A stretch of 32,306 nucleotides of DNA from positions 1-32,306 of the forward strand of contig JACRBR010000195.1 in assembly GCA_016213125.1 (NCBI GenBank), in the 5' to 3' direction. This document shows, one piece after another, positions 7,020 through 14,036 of the stretch (position 1 is the first letter of the stretch; each line of letters begins with the position of its first letter). Under the pieces are notes generated by a model. The model worked only from the letters and a program-made list of their open reading frames with translations. It was not told the DNA's origin and ran no database searches. This DNA comes from Chloroflexota bacterium (GTDB lineage Bacteria > Chloroflexota > Dehalococcoidia > DSTF01 > JACRBR01). The translations under genes and the position numbers were made by a program.

Positions 7020-9464
7020 CTAGTCCTGCTGGAACGGCGGCCTGGGCGGGCCGGGAGGGCCCTCGTCCCGGTTCGGTCGGTTGCGCAGTCCGCCGTCCGC
7101 GCTGCGCTCCGGTCCGCGGCTGGTGCCGCCTCCCGAGCCGCTGCGCCGGTCGAACCCGCCCCCGCCACGGGGACGCTCGCCGCCACCGTTGCCGCCGCGA
7201 GGTCCGCGATCGCCGTAGCCGCCGCCACCACCGCCGCCGCCTCGGCCGCCGCGGTCGAACCCGCCACCGCCGCGGCCACCACGGTCACCGCCGCCGCCCC
7301 GCGGGCCGCCACGGTCACCGCCGCCGCTGCGATTGCCGCGCGCCTCGCGCTGGCGCTCCACGGCTGCCGTTGGTCCCTGTTCACCCGCCAGCACGGCGCG
7401 CCGGGAGAGGTTGACGCGCCCCATGCTGTCGATTTCCGTCACCATGACCTCGATCTCTTCGCCCACCGAGAGCGCCTCTTCGACAGAGGGCACGCGTTCG
7501 GTGGAGATCTCCGAGATCGGCACCAGTCCGTCCTTCCCCGGGGCGATCTCAACGAACGCGCCGAAGTTCATCAGCCGGGCCACCCGGCCGTTGTACACCG
7601 AGCCGACCTCCACGTCCTTCGTCATCGCCTCGATGATGCTGATCGCCCGCTGCGCCGATTCGCCGTCCGTCGCGCCGACGAACACCGAACCGTCGTCCTC
7701 GATGTCGATCGTGCAGCCCGTCTCCTCGATGATCGACCGGATGACCTTCCCGCCCGGACCGATGACCGTACCGATCTTCGACGGGTCGATCTGCAGCCTG
7801 TACATGCGGGGCGCGTACGGTGACATCTCCTCGCGCGGCGCGTCCAGCACCTTCAGCATCTCACCCATGATGTGCATCCGGCCGTCACGCGCCTGCGCGA
7901 CCGCTGCCTTCATCACCTCCATGGGGATGCCCTGGATCTTGATGTCCATCTGCAGCGCAGTGATGCCCTCTTCCGTCCCCGCGACCTTGAAGTCCATGTC
8001 GCCCATGGCATCTTCCAGGCCCGCGATGTCCGTCAGCACCTTGTAGTTGCCGTCCTCACCCATGATCAGCCCCATCGCCACGCCCGATACCGGCGCCTTG
8101 ATCGGCACACCGGCGTCCATCAGCGACAGCGTGCTGCCACAGGCCGACCCCATCGACGTGCTCCCGTTGCTGGAAAGCACGTCCGAGACCACGCGGATCG
8201 TGTACGGGAAGTCGTCCGACTCCGGCAGCACCGGCAGGATGGCCCGCTCCGCCAGCGCCCCGTGGCCGATCTCCCGCCGCCCCGCCCCGCCCATGCGTCC
8301 CGTCTCTCCGACGGAGTACGGCGGGAAGTTGTAGTGATGGAGGTACCGCTTGCTGGCGATGGGCGAGAGCGTGTCCAGCCGTTGCGCGTCGCCCACGCCG
8401 CCCAGCGTCGTCACGCTCAGCACCTGCGTCTGCCCGCGCGTGAAGATTGCACTGCCGTGTACCCGGGGCAGCACGCCCACCTGGCACCAGATCGGCCGCA
8501 CTTCGGTCGACTTCCGCCCGTCCGGGCGCTTGTCGTTCTTCAGGATCGAGTCGCGGACCGTCTTCTTCACGAAGTAGTCCAGCGCCTCCCCGACCGCCTT
8601 CTCGCCGAACTCCTCGCCGTACTTCTCGACGAGCTTCGCCTTGTGCGCGTCCAGCCCCCCCTGCCGCTCGTCCTTCGCCAGCGCCAGGAACTCGTCGATG
8701 CTGCCCGCCAGGTCGGCCGAGACCTTGTCCTTCAGCGCCTGCGCCAGCACCGGCGGCTCGAAGACCCACTTCACCGGCTTGAACGCCGCGATCATCTCTT
8801 CCTGCAGGTCGATGAGGATCTGGTTCTGCTGCTGCCCGTACTCCAGCGCGCCCAGGATGACGGACTCCGGCGCTTCGTCCGCGCCCGCCTCCACCATCAT
8901 GATCGCGTCGCGCGTGCCCGCCACCACGATGTCGATCAGGCTGTCCTCCAGCTGGTCGAACGTCGGGTTCGCCACGTACTGTCCGTCGATGTAGCCGACG
9001 CGCACGCTGCTCACCGGCCCGTTGAACGGGATGTCGCTGATCGAAAGCGCCGCCGACGCGCCGACCGTCCCCAGCACGTCCGGCTGGTTCTCCTTGTCCA
9101 CCGCCATCACCGTGATGACGCACTGCACATCGTTCCGCATCGTCTTCGGGAACAGTGGCCGCAACGGCCGGTCCGTCAGCCGCGCGCTCAGCGTCGCCTC
9201 GCTCGATGGCCGCCCTTCGCGGCGGAAGAAGCTGCCGGGGATCTTCCCGGCCGCGTACATCTTCTCCTCGAAGTCGATCGTCAGCGGGAAGAAGTCCGTG
9301 CCCGGGCGTGGCGCGCGCGCCATCACCGCCGTGCACAGCAGTACGACGTCGCCGTACTTCACCAGGCAGGCGCCGTTCGCCAGCCCGGCCACCCGGCCCG
9401 TCTCGATCGTCAGCGTCTTCCCGCCGATCTCTCTTGTGAATGTTCGAATATCAGGTCCTGACAT
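7020..9464 (-). CDS. pnp: Polyribonucleotide nucleotidyltransferase (PNPase) with a Gly/Arg-rich C-terminal tail
   Basis: FFRREGRPS, LTDRPLRPLFP, HYNFPPYSVGE, RREIGHG, SNGSTSM, GDMDFKVAG; KH (IGPGGKVI) and S1 domains; GGAGG RBS. Confidence 0.99.
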   Translation of the reverse strand: MSGPDIRTFTREIGGKTLTIETGRVAGLANGACLVKYGDVVLLCTAVMARAPRPGTDFFPLTIDFEEKMYAAGKIPGSFFRREGRPSSEATLSARLTDRPLRPLFPKTMRNDVQCVITVMAVDKENQPDVLGTVGASAALSISDIPFNGPVSSVRVGYIDGQYVANPTFDQLEDSLIDIVVAGTRDAIMMVEAGADEAPESVILGALEYGQQQNQILIDLQEEMIAAFKPVKWVFEPPVLAQALKDKVSADLAGSIDEFLALAKDERQGGLDAHKAKLVEKYGEEFGEKAVGEALDYFVKKTVRDSILKNDKRPDGRKSTEVRPIWCQVGVLPRVHGSAIFTRGQTQVLSVTTLGGVGDAQRLDTLSPIASKRYLHHYNFPPYSVGETGRMGGAGRREIGHGALAERAILPVLPESDDFPYTIRVVSDVLSSNGSTSMGSACGSTLSLMDAGVPIKAPVSGVAMGLIMGEDGNYKVLTDIAGLEDAMGDMDFKVAGTEEGITALQMDIKIQGIPMEVMKAAVAQARDGRMHIMGEMLKVLDAPREEMSPYAPRMYRLQIDPSKIGTVIGPGGKVIRSIIEETGCTIDIEDDGSVFVGATDGESAQRAISIIEAMTKDVEVGSVYNGRVARLMNFGAFVEIAPGKDGLVPISEISTERVPSVEEALSVGEEIEVMVTEIDSMGRVNLSRRAVLAGEQGPTAAVERQREARGNRSGGGDRGGPRGGGGDRGGRGGGGFDRGGRGGGGGGGGYGDRGPRGGNGGGERPRGGGGFDRRSGSGGGTSRGPERSADGGLRNRPNRDEGPPGPPRPPFQQD

Positions 9465-9723
9465 GTGTGGGGATTCCTCCGTTTTCCGGTTGTGTGGTCC
9501 CCGCCAATGCTATGCTCGGCATTGGCGGGCAATGGCATGTTAAATGACGTTACGCAGCGGCTGATGCTCCGCGGCTGCTTGTGACGACTCGAATGAGGGA
9601 AGTGGTGTGGCCCACCCGCCGCAGCGGGTCTTCCGACGTCAGGGCCCGTCCTCGAGGATCGTCGCTTCGCTTCTTCTCTTCACACCGGGTCACATCTTCC
9701 CGGCGCGCGAAAAGGCCTCCGTG

Positions 9724-9993
9724 TTACTTGCGGAGGCCCAGTTGCTGGAGGACAGCGCGGTAGCGTGACACGTCCGTCTTATTCAGGAAGGCTAGCTGCC
9801 GGCGTCGTTGGCCGACGAGCTTCAACAGCCCTCGCTGCGTCGAGTGATCGTGCCTGTGCTGCTTGAGGTGTTCCGTCAGGGCGTTGATACGGTCCGTCAG
9901 GAGGGCTACTTGCACCTCGGCCGAACCCGTGTCGGTCGCGTGCCGCTTGTGCTGGCCGACGATCTCGGCCTTGCGCTCTACAGTCAGCGCCAT
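9724..9993 (-). CDS. rpsO: 30S ribosomal protein S15
   Basis: [23 protein letters not shown]...[19 protein letters not shown]...LGLRK; conserved rpsO-pnp order. Confidence 0.99.
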   Translation of the reverse strand: MALTVERKAEIVGQHKRHATDTGSAEVQVALLTDRINALTEHLKQHRHDHSTQRGLLKLVGQRRRQLAFLNKTDVSRYRAVLQQLGLRK

Positions 9994-10016
9994 CTATTCC
10001 GCGTTTCCTCTCTCTT

Positions 10017-10073
10017 TAGTACATCCTGAGGCTACCAGAGCCCACACGGGGTGGCAACCGGTGATACACACTA
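10017..10073 (-). promoter_or_regulatory. Structured rpsO 5' leader (candidate S15-binding autoregulatory RNA)
   Basis: Nested pairings on the minus strand: UAGU..GUAUC with GAUGU-ACUA, and GGUUGCCA with UGGUAGCC. A TAATCT -10 candidate lies at 10087-10082. Confidence 0.55.
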
Positions 10074-10105
10074 GGGGTTCAAGATTAGGATCGACACCGG
10101 TATCT

Positions 10106-10138
10106 GTCATTCCGAGCGCAGCGAGGAATCTTGCCGCT
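10106..10138 (+). repeat. Dispersed palindromic repeat GTCATTCCGAGCGCAGCGAGGAATCT, copy 1
   Basis: 26 nt identical to 13726..13751; a partial third copy is at 13861..13890. Confidence 0.8.
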
Positions 10139-10174
10139 CCCGCCAGCGGCGCTCGTAGCGCTAGCGCTGCCAGG

Positions 10175-10198
10175 GTAGCTGCGGAGCTTCAGCTCCGC
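10175..10198 (+). repeat. GTAG-type REP-like palindrome (CTTCAG-centred class)
   Basis: GTAG-CT-GCGGAGC-TTCA-GCTCCGC. Confidence 0.55.
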
Positions 10199-10251
10199 CC
10201 ACTGTCTCGGGCGGGTACGTGGTTGCTCCGCAGGCGAACCGACTACTGACG

Positions 10252-11493
10252 CTACGGCACTGGGGTGCGTTGCGACGCCGTACACGTCGGTACTAGGCTC
10301 CTCACGCTCGGCGGCGACACCACCGTCGGCTCGTCGGCCGGTTCTGGCGCCACGCACGTCGGATACGCCACCGGAGGCCCAAAGACGTCCTCCTCCGCGC
10401 CAAGGAAGGTCTTGAACCATCTGGCGAGTTCTGCCTGATCATTGCCAAGCCAGCACGGCCGCTCATACCCGATCCCGATCACCCGCACGTGCTCGCCATC
10501 CGGCTCGACGGTAATCCTGAACCGCCCATTACATGCAAGGGCTGCATTCAGGTAGTACACGCCATCGTGGTACTCGTGTCCGAACAGCGGCCTGCTGTCG
10601 ACCCGTTCCGCGAAATCCTCAAGAGAGCCATCGAGGACCAAGGACGGGACCTCGCCATCGGGATACGTGTAGAACTCCTTCCCCGAATCATCAGGAATTG
10701 GCAACGCCGGAAGCTTCCTTTCAAGCCGCGGCACGAGTTCGTCGCGCACCATCGCGAAAAGCGACTTTCGCGTCGACGCCTTACCGCACGCGCCAGACGC
10801 GTCCAGCGCGACCACGCGAATCGCGCGGTATTGAGCCTTGATGCGCGCCAAGCGGCAGTCGTTATCAAGTAACACGTCAATACTACCGGGCACTGCTGGC
10901 CGAGCACCCGATCGGCCTATGACATCACCATGCGCGTGCCCGCTGGCGTCCAGCCGAATGTGGATCTCGCCCGCGTCGAAGTCGATAGGGAGCACCGCCG
11001 CCGGGTCATCCGGTGCGAATTCGTATTTCAGTCGCGGTGGTTCGCCAAGGAAGCTCGTCGCCGCAAACGAGAACGCAGCAAACCCAAACACGATCGGCGC
11101 AACTCGCAGACGAAGCCCTCCCGTCGCGCCTGCTTCTGATATGCGCAGGCACGTGTGCGAGATCGGCAGAACAACCAGCGCCACCAGGTCCGTGTAATCC
11201 ACCACCCGCCCGATTTCGAAGATCCCGCCCGCGTTCCACCCATCGATCGCCCCCTGAGACAGCGGCGACTTCCACCACACAAACCCAAGCGCCGTAGCGA
11301 GGTAGATCTCCCGGGTCCGCCGCGGAAACAGCGCCGACCAGAACATCGGGAAGATGAACAGCCCCGCGAAGTCCGACAGCTTGCCCGTCAGCACGCCCGG
11401 ATACGCCTGCTTCAGCACGAAGTCGTTCGCCAGCAGGAGCAGAAGCCCCGCCACGAACCCCACTGACGTCAGAACGCGTGCCGCCCGGTCCAT
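10252..11493 (-). CDS. Hypothetical membrane protein (N-terminal multi-TM domain with LANDFVLK...GKLSDFAGL motif, Cys-containing soluble C-terminus)
   Basis: Long ORF with 4-5 hydrophobic segments and DYTDLVAL; start at 11493 chosen from TATGAT + 7 nt + ATG. Confidence 0.7.
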   Translation of the reverse strand: MDRAARVLTSVGFVAGLLLLLANDFVLKQAYPGVLTGKLSDFAGLFIFPMFWSALFPRRTREIYLATALGFVWWKSPLSQGAIDGWNAGGIFEIGRVVDYTDLVALVVLPISHTCLRISEAGATGGLRLRVAPIVFGFAAFSFAATSFLGEPPRLKYEFAPDDPAAVLPIDFDAGEIHIRLDASGHAHGDVIGRSGARPAVPGSIDVLLDNDCRLARIKAQYRAIRVVALDASGACGKASTRKSLFAMVRDELVPRLERKLPALPIPDDSGKEFYTYPDGEVPSLVLDGSLEDFAERVDSRPLFGHEYHDGVYYLNAALACNGRFRITVEPDGEHVRVIGIGYERPCWLGNDQAELARWFKTFLGAEEDVFGPPVAYPTCVAPEPADEPTVVSPPSVRSLVPTCTASQRTPVP

Positions 11494-11497
11494 CGTG

Positions 11498-11508
11498 CGT
11501 ATCATACG
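11498..11508. promoter_or_regulatory. Bidirectional -10 element between the membrane protein gene and degV
   Basis: CGTATCATACG gives TATCAT on + (11500-11505) and TATGAT on - (11506-11501) within a 47-nt divergent gap. Confidence 0.55.
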
Positions 11509-11540
11509 ACGGTCACCCACCCCCGGAGGTTCCCCGCCCC

Positions 11541-12434
11541 ATGCCCGTCCCCCAACCCCCAATCACCAACCCCCAATCACCACCGAAGGTGGCCATCGTC
11601 ACCGACAGCACCGCCTGCATCCCCCCGGACGTCGCCGCCCGGTACGGCATCGAGGCCGTCCCCGTCCACATCATCTTCGGCGGCCGCACCTACGCCGATT
11701 CCCTCACCACCGATACGGCCGAGTTCTACGACCGCCTCCGCACCTCCACCGACCGCCCCACCACCGCCGCCCCCTCACCCGGCATGTACATCGAGGCCAT
11801 CGGCCGCGCCGCCCGCCGCGCCGACGCCGTCCTCGTCATCACCGTCTCCGCGCAGTTCAGCGCCATGTACGACTCCGCCCGCGCCGCCATCGACGCCGTC
11901 CACGCCGAGTCCCCCGCCCTCGACATCCGCCTCATGGACTCCCGCAACGCCGCAATGGCCCAGGGCTTCGTCGTCCTCGAGGCCGCCCGCGCAGCCGAGC
12001 GCGGTGCCAACATCGACGACGTGGTCGCCCGCGCCGAAGAGATGACCGGGCGCGTCACCCTGCTCGCCATGCTCGACACCCTCACCTACCTCGCCCGCAG
12101 CGGCCGCGTCCCGCGCGTCGCCGCCTGGGCCGCCGGCGTCCTCCAGGTGAAGCCCGTCGTCCGCTTCAGCGCCTCCGACATCAAGCTCGTCGCCCGCACC
12201 CGCACCCGCCCGAAGGCCCTCGACCGCATGGCCGCCATCTTCGCCGAGTCCACGGCCGGCCGCCGCGTCCACCTCGCCGTCCACCACGCCAACGTCCCCG
12301 AAGACGCCGCCTACTTGCTCGCGGCAGCGCAGCGCTCCGCCGACATCGTCGAGTCCTACGTCACCGAGTTCACGCAGGTCATGGGCGTCCACACCGGCCC
12401 CGGCCTCGCCGGCCTCGCCTGGTGGTGCGAGTGA
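11541..12434 (+). CDS. degV: DegV-family fatty acid-binding protein (FakB-like)
   Basis: VAIVTDSTAC, PTTAAPSPG, DSRNAAM, TLTYLARSGR, LQVKPV, MGVHTGPG; start at 11541 after GGAGG. Confidence 0.92.
   Translation: MPVPQPPITNPQSPPKVAIVTDSTACIPPDVAARYGIEAVPVHIIFGGRTYADSLTTDTAEFYDRLRTSTDRPTTAAPSPGMYIEAIGRAARRADAVLVITVSAQFSAMYDSARAAIDAVHAESPALDIRLMDSRNAAMAQGFVVLEAARAAERGANIDDVVARAEEMTGRVTLLAMLDTLTYLARSGRVPRVAAWAAGVLQVKPVVRFSASDIKLVARTRTRPKALDRMAAIFAESTAGRRVHLAVHHANVPEDAAYLLAAAQRSADIVESYVTEFTQVMGVHTGPGLAGLAWWCE
11552..11579 (+). repeat. 7-nt tandem repeat (CCAACCC CCAATCA)x2 inside the degV 5' end
   Basis: Seen directly; encodes the Pro-rich N-terminal extension PQPPITNPQSP. Confidence 0.7.
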
Positions 12435-12472
12435 GAGGTAAGAGGCGAGAAGCGTGAAGCGAGACGAGAGAC
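12431..12472 (+). repeat. Purine-rich 7-nt tandem array overlapping the degV stop
   Basis: GTGAGAG GTAAGAG GCGAGAA GCGTGAA GCGAGAC GAGAGAC, running in register into the GTAG of a REP. Confidence 0.75.
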
Positions 12473-12561
12473 GTAGGGGCGAGGCACCGCCTCGCCCTGC
12501 GGTACGGCCACCACCATCCACATGCGCCGCGCACACCGTAGGGGCATGCTGCGGCATGCCC
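12473..12561 (+). repeat. Two GTAG-type REP-like palindromes
   Basis: GTAGGGGCGAGGCACCGCCTCGCCCT (12473-12498) and GTAGGGGCATGCTGCGGCATGCCC (12538-12561). Confidence 0.75.
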
Positions 12562-12626
12562 GAAGATCCCACAGTCACCCCACCGCCGCCCATGCGAAAG
12601 CGCCACCAACGCCGCGGGACCGGCGT

Positions 12627-12704
12627 CATCCTCCATCCTCCATCCTCCATCTTCCGTCGTCCATCCTCCTTCGCCGCATCCAACCTCTAACATCCAACAT
12701 CCAC
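12627..12704 (+). repeat. Pyrimidine-rich 7-nt tandem arrays (CATCCTC)n then (CATCCAA)n
   Basis: CATCCTC x3, CATCTTC, CGTCGTC, CATCCTC, CTTCGCC, G, CATCCAA, CCTCTAA, CATCCAA, CATCCAC. Confidence 0.8.
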
Positions 12705-12723
12705 GCCCAGTACCATGCCGCAC

Positions 12724-13660
12724 GTGCACCACCGCTCCGTCACCACGCTCCTCCTCGCGGCCGCCATCCTCGTCGCCGTCGCTCCCGCCTGCAACGACGA
12801 CGGCGGCCCGCCCCCCGCCGACCGGCGTCGTCTTCTACGCCAACCGCGACGGCGACGACGACGTCTATATCACCAACCTCGACGGCACCGGCACGCACCA
12901 GCTCACCAACGAGCCCGGCCGCGACTACGAGGGTGACATCTCGCCCGACGGCAAGACCGTCGTCTTCGCCTCACAGCGCGCCACCGGCCCCAACAGCCAG
13001 CTCTTCCTCATGAACGCCGACGGCACCGACGTCCGCCGCCTCACCTTCAGCGCCGACGGCGCGAGCGGCACCGTCATCGACGACTACGCCCACTGGTCGT
13101 CTGACGGCAAGAGCATCGTCTTCCAGCGCTCCAGCGACGCCACCGGCAAGATGGACGCCGACGTCTGGATCATCGACCCCGTCACCGGAGAGGAGCGCCA
13201 GGTCACCGACACCCCGACCAACTGGGACAGCACCCCCAGCTTCACCCACGACAACAACGGCGTCATGTTCGAGCGCGGCGGCGGCTCCGCCGGCTTCTCC
13301 ATCTACCGCGTCGATCTCGTAACCGGCGAGGCCACCCGCATCACCGGAGACGATGCCGGGCGCGCAACGGGCGGCAAGGAGTCGCCGGACGGCAAGCGTA
13401 TCCTCTTCACCTCCGGCATCGATGGCGACGCCGAGGTCTACGTCGCCGAAGCCTACGGGGGGAACATCACCAACCTCACCAACAACGACGCCGCCGACAT
13501 CTACCCTCACTGGTCGCCCGACGGCAAGCGGATCCTCTTCGAGACCGACCGCGACGGCAACCACGAGATCTACGTCATGAACGCCGACGGCACTGAACAG
13601 CGCCGCGTCACCACCGACCCCGGCAAAGACTCCGACCCCCACTGGTCCCGCGCCCACTGA
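12724..13660 (+). pseudogene. TolB-like beta-propeller lipoprotein with a 1-nt frameshift at a C6 run (pseudogene, phase variant or sequencing error)
   Basis: The signal peptide/lipobox (LLLAAAILVAVAPAC) is in one frame. TGVVFYANRDGDDDVYITNLDG...ISPDGKTVVF continues in the +1 frame into ORF 13010..13660 (WSSDGKSI, WSPDGKRI repeats). Removing one C at 12811-12816 joins them. Confidence 0.85.
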
Positions 13661-13709
13661 GTGGGAAGTGAGAAGCGCGACGTGAGACGTGAGACGCGAG
13701 ATGCGCGAA
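13661..13709 (+). repeat. Purine-rich 7-nt tandem array immediately after the stop codon
   Basis: GTGGGAA GTGAGAA GCGCGAC GTGAGAC GTGAGAC GCGAGAT GCGCGAA; same family as 12431-12472. Confidence 0.8.
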
Positions 13710-13725
13710 GCCAGGGACGCGGTAT

Positions 13726-13890
13726 GTCATTCCGAGCGCAGCGAGGAATCTAGTGGTGACGCCACCAATCGCCGCCAACCCAGTACTAGAGGGGCTTTAG
13801 CCCCTCCGGATAAGCAGGGGCTTCATCCTCTTAGGTGCGAGGCGCAGGCCTCCTAGTACGATTCCGAGCGCAGCGAGCAAACTTGCCGCT
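13726..13890 (+). repeat. Two copies of the ATTCCGAGCGCAGCGAG repeat enclosing a GTACTAG...CTAGTAC-bounded segment
   Basis: Copies at 13726-13751 and 13861-13890; the inner segment 13783-13859 contains a GAGGGGCT-TT-AGCCCCTC hairpin. Confidence 0.7.
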
Positions 13891-13943
13891 GACACCAACG
13901 CGGCTGCATGCGTAAGCGCCAAGCACCGCGCCCGAAGTCCACA

Positions 13944-14034
13944 CCTCCCGCCTCCCGCCTCCCGCCTCCCGCCTCCTGCCTCCCGCCTCCCGCCTCCCGC
14001 CTCCCGCCTCCCGCCTCCGACTTCCAGCATCCAC
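13944..14034 (-). repeat. (CCTCCCG)n heptamer tandem array, 10 near-perfect plus 3 degenerate units
   Basis: Counted directly; starts 2 nt after the stop codon of the minus-strand gene ending at 14037. Confidence 0.95.
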
Positions 14035-14036
14035 CC

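Noticed and set aside
7872-9461. Long antisense ORFs (e.g. 7872..9461 +, 14310..15677 +, 20709..21878 -, 28330..30210 -)
   Set aside because: Shadow frames of real high-GC genes, with no motifs of their own.
13010-13660. Stand-alone 216-aa propeller gene
   Set aside because: It is the 3' part of the frameshifted gene starting at 12724.
13797-14030. ORF with GGRREA repeats
   Set aside because: Translation of the (CCTCCCG)n heptamer array; no RBS or coding evidence.
12431-14034. Repeat clusters as a CRISPR array
   Set aside because: No constant 23-50 nt repeat separated by unique, equal-length spacers, and no cas genes.
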